Below are positions 1-9,634 of a stretch of 64,000 nt of DNA, in pieces. A program made the translations under genes and the position numbers. Origin of the DNA: Gemmatimonadota bacterium. Its GTDB lineage: Bacteria; Gemmatimonadota; Gemmatimonadetes; Gemmatimonadales; Gemmatimonadaceae. How positions within the stretch are numbered: the stretch's first letter is position 1; each line of letters opens with the position of its first letter. The notes under the pieces were generated by a model. The model was not told where the DNA came from, did not search any database, and saw only the letters and a list, made by a program, of their open reading frames with translations. The stretch lies in assembly GCA_040389905.1 (NCBI GenBank), contig JAZJZK010000023.1, forward strand, positions 160,407 to 224,406, read 5' to 3'.

Positions 1-1
1 G

Positions 2-409
2 CTCGAAACGCTCGGGGTGACCGTCGTCGGATACCGGACCGACGAGCTACCGGGCTTTTTCACGCGGACGACCGGGCTCAAACTGACGGCGCGCGCCGAC
101 TCCGCGGAGGAAATCGCTTCGATTCACCGGGCCTCCGTGTCGCTTGGCAGACGTCAGGCGACCCTGGTGGTTCAGGCACCACCAGCCGACGTGGCGTTGG
201 AGCAGGGGCTCGTGGACGACGCCGTTGCGGGTGCGCTCGAGGAGGCTCGCCGACGAGGTATCCGCGGGGCTCAGACCACGCCATTCTTGCTCGGCGCGGT
301 GCTCGAGGCCACGGCGGGGAGATCGTTGTCGGCGAATCTTGGATTGCTTGAAGAGAACGCGTATCTGGCGGGACGGATTGCGGTAGCGCTTTCGCGGCCG
401 AGGATCTGA
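2..409 (+). CDS. psuG: pseudouridine-5'-phosphate glycosidase, C-terminal part (5' end outside the window)
   Basis: LETLGVTVVGYRTDELPGFF...GIRGAQTTPFLL...GRSLSANLGLLEENA matches the PsuG/IndA C-terminus; the frame is open to the window edge. Confidence 0.9.
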   Translation, partial: LETLGVTVVGYRTDELPGFFTRTTGLKLTARADSAEEIASIHRASVSLGRRQATLVVQAPPADVALEQGLVDDAVAGALEEARRRGIRGAQTTPFLLGAVLEATAGRSLSANLGLLEENAYLAGRIAVALSRPRI

Positions 410-433
410 CTCCGAAGCGCCACGCAGCAGCTA

Positions 434-560
434 TGACAGGTGCCCAGTGATCAGCCGCAGCCAACAGGTTCTCAGGGGGTGTGCCGATTTGGCGCATCGC
501 TCCCAAAACGCCACACCCCTGTTGCTCTGTAAGCTGCGGCTGATCGCTGGGCACCTGTCA
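434..560. repeat. long imperfect inverted repeat, family A
   Basis: left arm TGACAGGTGCCCAGTGATCAGCCGCAGC... pairs with right arm ...GCTGCGGCTGATCGCTGGGCACCTGTCA; similar to 29239-29382. Confidence 0.9.
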
Positions 561-646
561 CATCTGATTTGGAGCGCTCACGTCTCGCCTGCGCTCAGTC
601 CCACGCACTTCACAAGAACTTCACACTGAGTTTGTGTATTTCAGTA

Positions 647-676
647 TTGAACTTGCGACGCTCTAAATGGTACAAT
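647..676 (+). promoter_or_regulatory. putative sigma70 promoter of the TPR/ABC operon
   Basis: TTGAAC (647-652), 18-bp spacer, TACAAT (671-676) with an extended -10 TG, in an AT-rich patch 33 bp upstream of ATG 709. Confidence 0.6.
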
Positions 677-708
677 ACGGCAACCCTCACGAGCGAGGCT
701 TCGCATCC

Positions 709-1869
709 ATGGCCAATCCGTTCTTGAGCTCCGAAGAGTATGACGAACGCGCTCACCAGCTCTACAACGAAGGCCAGTACGACGACGCCTTAGCCGTCCT
801 GCGCGAGGGGCTTGCGCTCTACCCCAACTCGGTGGAGCTGCACATCGGTGTTGGGTATGCCCGGCTGGCTCGCGAGGAATTTGCCTGGGCGCGCCGCAGC
901 TTCGAGGAAGCCCTCGTCCTCGAGCCCGAGCACGAGGATGCCCTCGCCGGTATCGGGGAGACGCTGCTCAAGTTCGGCCTCGAAGAGGCCGCCCTCAAAT
1001 GCTTTCGCCGCACACTCGAGCTCGGTTATGCCGATGACCTCGACCTCATGCTGCAGAGCGGGCGGGCGCTCTTTCGCGAAGCCTCGTCGCGCGATCGGCG
1101 CGAACTGTTCAGCGCGTCGCTCGAGTTCTTCGAGGTGGCAGCGCAGCAGGCGCCGGAGAGCGCCGAAGCACTGGCCTGCGTCGGGTATGCGCAGCATCGC
1201 CTCGGCGATGACGATGCGGCGATTGCGTCGCTCCGGAAGTCGCTCCAGGCGGACAACGAGCACGCAGAAGCCCGCATCTACCTCGCCAACATCCTATATG
1301 ATCGCGGCGACTACGAGGCCGCGCTCTATCACTTCGAGCGCACGACGACCGAAGATCACTGGGACGAACTGGGTATCTGGCGCCTCATCGAACTCAAGCG
1401 CGCGGCCTACAAGCTCAGCGAACACGATCCCGACCTGAAGCCCTGGGAAGATCGGCTTGCCGAGCTCGGCGGTGAGTTGGACGATATCGACGAGCTGTTC
1501 ATCGAAGTCGACGGCGCGTTGGCGGCCGAAAGCGGTGAAGTTGAAGTCGCACGAGGCCAGCTGGAGTTGTTCGGCACGCTTCTTTCCTCCCTCGCCGGCA
1601 CGAAGGCGGAGGAACCCGGTTCGCGCGACGTCGAGGCGCACGAGGTTCTGACGCGAGATGGTCAGCAACTCACCGGTACGTGGGAGGACATCGTGCGCTC
1701 GTTGCAACACGTCGATACCGAAGGGGGGCGCGACGCTTCCCTCGAAGCATTCATGACCCGCATGGCCAAGCGGACCTTCCGGGAGACAGGAGTCCGCGTA
1801 CCGAGCCATGACGTCGAGCTGTTCGTTCGCGGGAGCGCGGACGCAGGGTTGCTGCGTATCGTCCAATGA
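709..1869 (+). CDS. tetratricopeptide repeat protein
   Basis: multiple TPR motifs (AHQLYNEGQYDDAL, EARIYLANILYDRGDYEAAL); ATG 709 preferred over 667 because the promoter lies between them. Confidence 0.85.
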   Translation: MANPFLSSEEYDERAHQLYNEGQYDDALAVLREGLALYPNSVELHIGVGYARLAREEFAWARRSFEEALVLEPEHEDALAGIGETLLKFGLEEAALKCFRRTLELGYADDLDLMLQSGRALFREASSRDRRELFSASLEFFEVAAQQAPESAEALACVGYAQHRLGDDDAAIASLRKSLQADNEHAEARIYLANILYDRGDYEAALYHFERTTTEDHWDELGIWRLIELKRAAYKLSEHDPDLKPWEDRLAELGGELDDIDELFIEVDGALAAESGEVEVARGQLELFGTLLSSLAGTKAEEPGSRDVEAHEVLTRDGQQLTGTWEDIVRSLQHVDTEGGRDASLEAFMTRMAKRTFRETGVRVPSHDVELFVRGSADAGLLRIVQ

Positions 1870-2891
1870 CGGGCGGCTCACAACGCACCGCGCTCGACGC
1901 GGTGCACTCGGCGCGTCCGATCGTGGCGCGCCTGAGCACGTCGCGAGACAAGGAGGATCTCGCCGCCGATATCATCGAAGCATGGTCCGCCGTCGAAACA
2001 GGACTTCGCTCACTGATCGGCGGTTCGGCACTGACGGGGCAGGCACTCATTCGCGAGTTGCGGCAACGCCATTTCCTGAATCTCGAACAGGCGAACGCAC
2101 TCGCCGAGTTTCATGCAGCGCGCGACCGGGCAGGGCGTGTGGACTATGCCCCTACCGAAGGCGACATCAACGCCACGCGTGACGCGTTCCTCAAGCTCGA
2201 AGCCGGACTGATGGGCGACGCAGCGCCGGTTGTTAGCCGCCCACCGCTATCCGCGGTCACTCCGGCAGTAACCGCGGTAGACGCAGAACCACGCGGCGAC
2301 CATCTCGTTGCCCTGCCGAGTTCGCGCCCGGGCTGGGTCATGCCCCTGATCGGACTCGTGGTACTCCTGGCGGTGGGCGGCGTCGCGTGGTATGCGCTCG
2401 CCGGAAGGAGTGCGAGCAATCCCGCGCTCGATCAGGGAATCATTGCGTTCAAGGAGGGCCGCCGCGAAGCCGCGGAAGCAGCCTTCCACAAGGCGTCGCT
2501 CGACGTCCCCAACGATCCGATGCCGCACGTCTATCTCGCGCGTCTCGAGCGCGAGCGCGGCAACCTGGGGAATGCGAACGCCGAAGCGGTCAAGGGCGTA
2601 CAACTCGGTCCCGAGAACGGCGCGGCCCTACGTGAGCTGGCGAGCGTCCTCTTCGCGACGCAGAGTTTCGACGCAGCGCGGACGTTCTACATTCGCGCGA
2701 TCAAGGCAGATAGCACTGATCGGATGTCACAAGGCTTTCTCGGATGCTCGCTCGTGCGACTCGGACGTCTTGATGAAGGCGCGCGATGGATTCAGCGCGC
2801 GGGAAGTGGTGCGTGGTCGGCCTGCTCACCGGCGCCAGGCACGCCGCCTTCCGCGAACCCAATCGTGCCGATGACGGCGCCGAGACCGTGA
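1866..2891 (+). CDS. membrane-anchored TPR protein
   Basis: one TM helix (WVMPLIGLVVLLAVGGVAWYAL) followed by TPR repeats; ATGA overlap with the upstream gene. Confidence 0.8.
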   Translation: MTGGSQRTALDAVHSARPIVARLSTSRDKEDLAADIIEAWSAVETGLRSLIGGSALTGQALIRELRQRHFLNLEQANALAEFHAARDRAGRVDYAPTEGDINATRDAFLKLEAGLMGDAAPVVSRPPLSAVTPAVTAVDAEPRGDHLVALPSSRPGWVMPLIGLVVLLAVGGVAWYALAGRSASNPALDQGIIAFKEGRREAAEAAFHKASLDVPNDPMPHVYLARLERERGNLGNANAEAVKGVQLGPENGAALRELASVLFATQSFDAARTFYIRAIKADSTDRMSQGFLGCSLVRLGRLDEGARWIQRAGSGAWSACSPAPGTPPSANPIVPMTAPRP

Positions 2892-2895
2892 CCGA

Positions 2896-3819
2896 GTGAT
2901 CTCGTTCGCGCAGGTCAGCAAGCACTATCGCAGCTGGAACGGCAAGGAAGTTCGCGCGCTGACGAACTTTACCATCGACCTGCGCGCCGGCGAAGTCTTC
3001 GGGCTCGCCGGTCCGAATGGTGCCGGCAAGAGCACGCTCATCTCGCTCTTGCTTGGCTACCTTGCGCCGACGTCGGGCATGCTGACCATCGACGGTCTCG
3101 AGCCGCGGCGATTCATCGAAGCCAATGGCATCGGGTATTTGTCGGAGTTGGTGAATATCCCACCCGCGTGGCGCGTGGAGGCGGCCCTCGAACGCTACGC
3201 ATTGCTCGCGGGCGTTCCTGAGGAGTCTGTCGCTCAGCGCATTGCGGACGTGATCGATCGCCTGGGTTTGGACGAGCATCGCGGCAAGCGTGTCCGGCAG
3301 CTGTCGAAAGGCAACCTCCAGCGACTGGGCCTCGCACAGTCGATGCTCTGCGAGGAGCGCGTCATCGTCCTCGACGAGCCGACGCACGGCCTCGATCCGG
3401 TGTGGACCCAACGTTTCCGCGACATCGTGGACGCGATGCGGCGCCCCGATCGAACCATCCTCATCGCCTCCCACAATCTCGACGAACTGGCGCGCGTCGC
3501 CGATCGCGTCGGGATCATCGATCGCGGCGAACTTCAGCGTGTGGTGGATGTTCGCGCTTCCGAACGAAACGTCACGGAGGGGGCGCCCTATCGCCTGATG
3601 GTGGCGAGTGGGCGGGAACATGTGCTCGCACAGTTCACGAGCGCAAAGGACGTCGGCAACGGAGAATTCGAGTTGTCCGGTCTTTCGCTGTATGACATCA
3701 ATGCCGGCGTCGCGTCGCTGATCGGGCGCGGCGTGTTGATCAACGCCCTCTACCCCGTTCACTCCGCTCTCGAGCAACAGTTCCGCGAAGCGGTAAGCGG
3801 TAAAGGGAGGCAGGAATGA
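2896..3819 (+). CDS. ABC transporter ATP-binding protein
   Basis: Walker A GPNGAGKST, signature LSKGN, Walker B IVLDEPT, H-loop ASH. Confidence 0.95.
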   Translation: MISFAQVSKHYRSWNGKEVRALTNFTIDLRAGEVFGLAGPNGAGKSTLISLLLGYLAPTSGMLTIDGLEPRRFIEANGIGYLSELVNIPPAWRVEAALERYALLAGVPEESVAQRIADVIDRLGLDEHRGKRVRQLSKGNLQRLGLAQSMLCEERVIVLDEPTHGLDPVWTQRFRDIVDAMRRPDRTILIASHNLDELARVADRVGIIDRGELQRVVDVRASERNVTEGAPYRLMVASGREHVLAQFTSAKDVGNGEFELSGLSLYDINAGVASLIGRGVLINALYPVHSALEQQFREAVSGKGRQE

Positions 3820-4607
3820 GACGCGCGCGCCTCGCCCGGTACGGATTGTGGCAACTCCGCGATTACACGATGGATCGTGGGCTCCCGACGATTCTCATCC
3901 TTGTGCTGTTCGCGTACCTGACGCTCGCGCCGGCGCTGATGTCCGTGAACCAGAATCTCGCGCGAATGTCACCGGCTATGCTGGAGAAGCTCGGTGGGAT
4001 CGACAAGGCGCGTGCGAACGAGATGCAGAGTGTCGCGGTGATGGTGTTGCGCTCATTACTCGCCACCGTCGTGTATCTCGGTGCCCTGCTCGCGATGAAC
4101 GGGATCGTTGGGACCGACAGAAAAATGGGCTTCTATCGCTTCCTGTTCGCGAAGCCCGTGTCGCCGATGCGCTATTACGGACAGGCCTTCGTCGTGCACC
4201 TTGCCGGCTACGTGGTCATCGTCGCGCTGTTGTCACTGGTGTTCGGATGGCTCATCACACCCATCGTCAGTGCAACGCTGATCGCCGCGTTGGCCCTCAT
4301 GTACGTCCTCTACGCTGGCATCCTCTTCGCATTTTCGGCGTCGGTGCCGCGGGGCGACTGGATTGCGCTCGTCGCGATCACGATGATCGCGAGCTACCTG
4401 TGGGAACGCTTCGCCGAGTCGACGTCATTTCTGGCGAAGTTATTGTACTTGTTGCCGCCGTTGCATCGGACAGCGGAGGTGTACGTCGCGGTCGCCAAGG
4501 GAGATGCGGTCAATTGGAAGCTGGTTGCGTGGTTCGCGGGTTACGGAGTGGCCTGCTTCATCGCCGGTCTGGTTGTGTTGCGCCGGAGACGGTTAGCAGT
4601 GGCATGA
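3816..4607 (+). CDS. ABC-2 type permease
   Basis: about 6 TM helices; translationally coupled to the ABC ATPase. Confidence 0.8.
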   Translation: MRRARLARYGLWQLRDYTMDRGLPTILILVLFAYLTLAPALMSVNQNLARMSPAMLEKLGGIDKARANEMQSVAVMVLRSLLATVVYLGALLAMNGIVGTDRKMGFYRFLFAKPVSPMRYYGQAFVVHLAGYVVIVALLSLVFGWLITPIVSATLIAALALMYVLYAGILFAFSASVPRGDWIALVAITMIASYLWERFAESTSFLAKLLYLLPPLHRTAEVYVAVAKGDAVNWKLVAWFAGYGVACFIAGLVVLRRRRLAVA

Positions 4608-4624
4608 AGAGTCCTACGGATTGA

Positions 4625-4780
4625 GGAGCGGATTGAACGGATGCAACGGAAAACAGCCGGAGACTTCATTCTGCACATGCTGGTGCGCTCGAAGAAGGTG
4701 CGGGCCCCTCGCTGCGCTCAGGAGACAAAACGAGCGTGAAGTATCAGGCAGCTTCCGTATAAATCCGTAATATCCGCTCC
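4625..4780. repeat. long imperfect inverted repeat (family C, CGGAT-rich arms) enclosing a REP-like hairpin at 4697-4736
   Basis: GGAGCGGATTGAACGGATGCAACGGAA...GACTTCA pairs with TGAAGTATC...TTCCGTATAAATCCGTAATATCCGCTCC; the loop holds GGTGCGGGCCCCTCGCTGCGCTCAGGAGACAAAACGAGCG. Confidence 0.85.
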
Positions 4781-4841
4781 TAAGAATCTCTCAATTTGCT
4801 GGTCGCCGCGCTAATCGCGACGCGGCCGAGACCAAGACTAA

Positions 4842-7457
4842 ATGCCAGAATCATTCGACGCATCCACCATCCGGAAGACCGTCCTCAGCAACGGTCTCAC
4901 CGTCGTTATCCGCCAGGACACGTCCGCACCGGTGGTCGCGATCGTCACCTATGTGAAAGCCGGTTACTTCGACGAAACCGACGACGTCGTCGGCATCGCG
5001 CACGTCCTCGAGCACATGTTCTTCAAGGGCACGCCCACGCGTGGGGTCGGTGACATTGCGCGCGAGACGAAGTCCGTTGGCGGCTATCTCAACGCGGCGA
5101 CGATCTACGACCACACGGTGTACTACACCGTGCTCCCGTCCTCCGGTTTCGAAACGGGCCTCGACGTGCAGTTCGATGCCTACGCGCGGTCGATCATCGA
5201 TTCGGATGAGCTGGCGCGGGAACTCGAGGTGATCATCCAGGAGGCGAAGCGAAAGGCGGACAATCCCGGCGCCGTCGTGACGGAAACGCTCTATGAGCTT
5301 CTGCACGACACGCATCGCATCCGCCGTTGGCGCATCGGGCGCGAACCCGGCCTCCGCCTGCTCGATCGCGACGCGATGATGACGTTCTATCGCAACTTCT
5401 ATCATCCGGGGAATACGGTCCTCTCGATCGTCGGCGACGTCGAACCCGATCACGTGCTGCGCGAAGTGATCGCTCGGTATGGAGAACTGCCGGCCGGAAC
5501 GCCCACCATGTCGCCAGGCCCCGACGAGGAGGGTTTGCCGGGATTTCGCTTTCGCGAGTGGGTTGGAGACATCGGCCAAACGCAGATCGCCTTTGGCTGG
5601 CGTACTCCGGGTACACTCGATCCAGCGAGCCCCGCACTCGACATGCTGTCGATGGTGCTCGGCGGAGGTCGTGCATCGCGACTGTATCGCGCGGTGCGGG
5701 AGCGCAAGCTGGCAACCTCCGTCGCCGTGTACAACTACACGCCGACGTCGCTTGGTGTATTCGTCGTCCACGCAGAGTCACCACCGGAGCGAGCAGCGGA
5801 AGCGACGCAGGCGATCTGGTCTCAGCTGAAGGCCCTGCGCGAGCATGGCGTGTCCGCGAGCGAGGTCGTTCGCGCAAAGCGGCTCTACGAGTCGCGCTGG
5901 GTGCGCCGGCTCGAGGATATGGAGGGCCAGGCCAACTATCTCGCCGAATGGGAAGCGCTGGGCGATTGGAAGGGCGGTGACGAGTACCTGGCGCGCGCGA
6001 TGGCCGTGACGGCAGAAGAGTTGACGGAATTGGCGCGCCGTTTCCTCGACCCCGATCAAGTTGGTATCGCCGTCTATCGTCCGGAGGGTGCACCGGAGAT
6101 CGCGGGTTCGGCTGCGGAGATGCGCCTCACGCTCGACGGCGCGCCTGCCGCCGAAGTACTCACGCCACCCGAACCGACACCGAGTGCGCCCGCGGTGCAC
6201 ACGCGACTCCGCATCGAGCGCGAGGAAGCCGGCGTGCGCGTGTATCGCACGGAGTCCGGCACGCCGCTGCTCGTGCGCCGCAAGGCTGGCGCCCTTCTCC
6301 ACGCGGGTGCCTATGCCTTTGGTGGTGCGCGAGACGAGCCGCCGGAGGAAGCGGGACTCACGAGTATCATGGTGCGATCCGCACTCAAGGGCACGGCGCT
6401 CCGCAGCGCGACACAAATCGCGGAGGAAGGAGAATTGCTCGGCGGCAGTGTGGGTGGAGGCGCGACGAGCGAAAGTTTTGGGTGGTCGATCAGCGTGCCC
6501 GCGAGGTACGGCGCCGACGCGGTGGCGCTGCTCGCAGACGTGGCCCAATCGCCTTCGATTGCCGAAGATGCGCTCGAGACGGAACGCTCGATTGCGCTAT
6601 CGGACTTGAGCGCCCTCCGCGACGACATGTATCGCTATCCGATGCGCATGGCGACACTCGCGGCCTTTGCCGGCCATCCGTACGGCGTGCCGGTCAGCGG
6701 CGACGAACAGTCGCTGCCGCGTCTCACGGCAGCACGCGCGCGCGACTGGCACCGGGCACGCTTCATCAATGGTCCCGTCGTTCTGGCGATCGTCGGCGAC
6801 GCCGACCTCGACGAACTGGCGGCGATGATGGCAGGGCCCTTCGATGCGCTCGTTGGCGGCGAGCCGTCGAGCATCGAGCGGCCGCATTGGCCTGACGGGA
6901 TCGTGCAGCGCGTGGAGCAACGCGAGAAAGCACAAACGGCGCTGGCATTGTTGTTCCCGGCACCCGATCGCCAAGACAACGCGCGGTTCGCCTCGGCGAT
7001 GATCGCCGGTGTGGCGAGTGGACTCGGCGGCCGGTTCTTTGACGAGCTACGTGACAAGCAGTCGCTCGGATACACGGTGCAGGCGTTCAGTAGTGAACGC
7101 TCGCTCGCCGGTGCGTTCGCCGCGTACATCGCCACGGGGCCGGAGAAGGAGGATCAAGCGCGACGCGGATTGCTGAACGAGTTTGCGAAGCTGCGAAGCG
7201 AGCCGGTTACCGCGAAGGAGCTCGAGCAGGCACAGACGTACGCGATCGGCACGCACGCCATCCGCCAGCAGGGTGGCGGCGCGGTGCTCGGCGACATGGT
7301 CGACGCGTTCATGTTCGGCGGATTGCACGAACTGGCCGAATTCGAGCAGCGCGTGCGTGGCGTGACCGCGGCGGAGATGCAGGCAATTGCGCGCGCGTAC
7401 TTCGATGAGTCGCGTCGAGTGGAGGGGATTGTCAGGGGGACTGGTAGAGCGGTGTAA
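4842..7457 (+). CDS. M16 (pitrilysin/insulinase) family zinc peptidase, two-domain fusion
   Basis: inverted zinc motif HVLEH (GIAHVLEHMFFKGT); SRLYRAVRE and RFFDELRDKQSLGY motifs. Confidence 0.95.
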   Translation: MPESFDASTIRKTVLSNGLTVVIRQDTSAPVVAIVTYVKAGYFDETDDVVGIAHVLEHMFFKGTPTRGVGDIARETKSVGGYLNAATIYDHTVYYTVLPSSGFETGLDVQFDAYARSIIDSDELARELEVIIQEAKRKADNPGAVVTETLYELLHDTHRIRRWRIGREPGLRLLDRDAMMTFYRNFYHPGNTVLSIVGDVEPDHVLREVIARYGELPAGTPTMSPGPDEEGLPGFRFREWVGDIGQTQIAFGWRTPGTLDPASPALDMLSMVLGGGRASRLYRAVRERKLATSVAVYNYTPTSLGVFVVHAESPPERAAEATQAIWSQLKALREHGVSASEVVRAKRLYESRWVRRLEDMEGQANYLAEWEALGDWKGGDEYLARAMAVTAEELTELARRFLDPDQVGIAVYRPEGAPEIAGSAAEMRLTLDGAPAAEVLTPPEPTPSAPAVHTRLRIEREEAGVRVYRTESGTPLLVRRKAGALLHAGAYAFGGARDEPPEEAGLTSIMVRSALKGTALRSATQIAEEGELLGGSVGGGATSESFGWSISVPARYGADAVALLADVAQSPSIAEDALETERSIALSDLSALRDDMYRYPMRMATLAAFAGHPYGVPVSGDEQSLPRLTAARARDWHRARFINGPVVLAIVGDADLDELAAMMAGPFDALVGGEPSSIERPHWPDGIVQRVEQREKAQTALALLFPAPDRQDNARFASAMIAGVASGLGGRFFDELRDKQSLGYTVQAFSSERSLAGAFAAYIATGPEKEDQARRGLLNEFAKLRSEPVTAKELEQAQTYAIGTHAIRQQGGGAVLGDMVDAFMFGGLHELAEFEQRVRGVTAAEMQAIARAYFDESRRVEGIVRGTGRAV

Positions 7458-7465
7458 ACCGCGCG

Positions 7466-7516
7466 GGTGCAGACCCCTCGACTTCGCTCGGGGTGACAAC
7501 ACGTGCAGACCCCTCC
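7466..7516. repeat. REP-like palindrome plus a partial second copy
   Basis: GGTGCAGACCCCTCGACTTCGCTCGGGGTGACA followed by GTGCAGACCCCTC; reverse complement of the copies at 31132 and 36263. Confidence 0.85.
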
Positions 7517-7537
7517 ATTCGCTCTTCCCGCCGGAAA

Positions 7538-7649
7538 ATTGAACGCGGATTGAGCGAATTGTGGGGCGGATCAAATCTGATAAACAACTTCAAGAACAAG
7601 TTGTTCAATCGGCTCTTATCCGCTTCCATCCGCTCAATCCGCGTTCAAT
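7538..7649. repeat. long imperfect inverted repeat, family C, between convergent genes
   Basis: ATTGAACGCGGATTGAGCG (7538) pairs perfectly with CGCTCAATCCGCGTTCAAT (7649); pairing continues inward to AACAACTT/AAGTTGTT. Confidence 0.9.
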
Positions 7650-7709
7650 GTGCCGGTGCACGCCTTGTCGGTGGCAACGCTGTTAAATGGCTCTTTGCCA
7701 AAATAGGTG

Positions 7710-9281
7710 CTACGGCGCGACTCGCTGCTGCGTCTTCAATGCCGCCGGTGTCGAATTGGGCGCCGCGGTTTCACGCAGGCCCCTGAGCGCGCGCATGATG
7801 GCGAACGCCACCTTCCGCAAATGGCCATCCGCCGCGCGGACACCACTGATCGTGCCGTAGTCGCCAGACTCCGCGACCACGAGCCCCTTGATCAGCGGAC
7901 GGCTCGTTGCCCACGCCAGTGCAGACCACACGGCGCGCTCCTGGCTGGCTTCGCCATGCGCCTCGGGGAATCCTCCGGACTCGAACACCCAATGATCCTT
8001 CGTCGATCCCGCCTCGCGCATCCAGCGATCCGCTGCCCCGCGTGCGGCGTCGAGTGTTCGCACACCGGTGGACGACGGATACAGCGTGAATCCCGGTACG
8101 TCGATCGGTGAGCCGCGCCGCGCTGCCCAGGCGTACAGCGTGCTGTCGCGGCGATCGTATGTCGACGCCGCGACGCCAATCTTCACGCGTGGCCTCGCGC
8201 GCTTCGCGACCGCGGCCGCCTTGGTGAAATAGCCCTGCCAGAACTCTGGGCTCCGCGCGCCAGCGGCGCGGGTTCCTGCGTCGTACGGGTCCTTGGCCGG
8301 CACGAGGATGTCGGGCCGCAGGATCCTCACGATGGGCTCGATCGCGGCGATGCGTCGCGTCTCGCTGAACCGATCGCCGGCGAGTGGCAGCAGGCTTCGC
8401 TCGTATCCCAGCGTCACGATGAGCGTCGTGCTGTCGCCCCGTACGTCGTCGAGGACATGCGAAATGGAATCGAGTGCCGCCTGATTCATGCGCTCGGGAA
8501 TCAGCGTGACCGCAATGACCGAGACGCCGAGTGTATCCGCGAGCGCGACGTCATTCGTGATCGCGAGTGGGGGCGGCCCACCATCGAGATCGGGGAACAG
8601 CTTCAATCCAATGTTGAAATCACCCTTGGGTCGCTCCTGGAGCACTTCCGTGCGCGGATCGTGGATGCGGTACGAGTTCACGGCCTGGTCTGCCGGCAGC
8701 AGCTGCGAAACGAACAGCGCAATCCAGAGAAACGCGACGAGTGCGAGGAAGAGCCGGAAGGTCGCGGCCGACGGCCTGAGTGCCGGGAACGCGGGCGCTG
8801 TCATCGGCACAAAGAAGAAAAATGGCGACGCGATGATCCACCGTGACTGCGTGAGCCACGCAAACGCGCCACCGGTCGCCGCAAGAAACACGAGGGCTGG
8901 TCCCGGCAGCGGCGTGCCGCGCGAGGCGATGAAGCGCAGCACGACATCGAGTGCGATCAGGACGTCGTAGACCGAGATGAAGAATCCGAGAAATGGATTC
9001 ACGAGTCGCCGGACGGCCGCGTACAGCGCCTGCACCGCGAACAGCACGACCGTGACGGGCCACAGCCATTCGACCGCCGTAACGGTGCGTCCGGTAATCG
9101 CGTTCGACGTGGCGAGGTGGATCAGCAGCGCTGGCAGGAGAAAGAAGCCAGCGAGCGCCGTGATGAACACGAAGGGTCGCGGCAAGGTCTTCACCTGCGC
9201 GATGCGGCCCGTCAGCACGACATCCCAGATGACGATGATTGTCACCAGGAGCATCTGGAGCAGGGGGAAGAACGCCCTCAT
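7710..9281 (-). CDS. hypothetical membrane protein with about 6 N-terminal TM helices and a C-terminal glycoside-hydrolase-like domain
   Basis: hydrophobic first ~190 aa; C-terminal WVFESG...ASQERAV...IKGLVV pattern resembles clan-A GH TIM barrels (weak). Confidence 0.65.
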   Translation of the reverse strand: MRAFFPLLQMLLVTIIVIWDVVLTGRIAQVKTLPRPFVFITALAGFFLLPALLIHLATSNAITGRTVTAVEWLWPVTVVLFAVQALYAAVRRLVNPFLGFFISVYDVLIALDVVLRFIASRGTPLPGPALVFLAATGGAFAWLTQSRWIIASPFFFFVPMTAPAFPALRPSAATFRLFLALVAFLWIALFVSQLLPADQAVNSYRIHDPRTEVLQERPKGDFNIGLKLFPDLDGGPPPLAITNDVALADTLGVSVIAVTLIPERMNQAALDSISHVLDDVRGDSTTLIVTLGYERSLLPLAGDRFSETRRIAAIEPIVRILRPDILVPAKDPYDAGTRAAGARSPEFWQGYFTKAAAVAKRARPRVKIGVAASTYDRRDSTLYAWAARRGSPIDVPGFTLYPSSTGVRTLDAARGAADRWMREAGSTKDHWVFESGGFPEAHGEASQERAVWSALAWATSRPLIKGLVVAESGDYGTISGVRAADGHLRKVAFAIMRALRGLRETAAPNSTPAALKTQQRVAP

Positions 9282-9282
9282 G

Positions 9283-9630
9283 TCATGCCCTGACTCGCGT
9301 GTCGCTTTTCACCGAGGCCGGTGACAGGCGTCGCACGAAGACGTCCAGCGCCTTGGCCGCACCGGCGGTATCTCTCGCGATGACGTCGATGAGCGCGATG
9401 CCGCGGTCGGGTAGGGAGTGGACGCTCGCGTGGCCGGGATCGAGGAGAAGCACCGCCGAGACTTCTCCATTGGGCGCGGCCCGTACAATTGGCGCACCGG
9501 GGGCATTGAGGCCCGCCGCACCCGCAGCCGCGATCAGCAGTCCGCTGAGGAGCGGCGCATCGCGCAGTGCGCCGGACGCCACCCCAACAAGGTCGGCGCA
9601 GACGTGCGTGAGCGTTTCCGCGTCGTTCAC
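9283..9630 (-). CDS. S-adenosylmethionine decarboxylase (SpeD/SpeH)-like protein lacking the ES self-cleavage motif
   Basis: THVCADLVG...EVSAVLLLDPGHASVHSLPDRGIALIDV aligns to GxTGVVLLAESHISIHTWPE; GTG 9630 lies 4 bp after the upstream stop. Confidence 0.75.
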   Translation of the reverse strand: MNDAETLTHVCADLVGVASGALRDAPLLSGLLIAAAGAAGLNAPGAPIVRAAPNGEVSAVLLLDPGHASVHSLPDRGIALIDVIARDTAGAAKALDVFVRRLSPASVKSDTRVRA

Positions 9631-9634
9631 CGTG

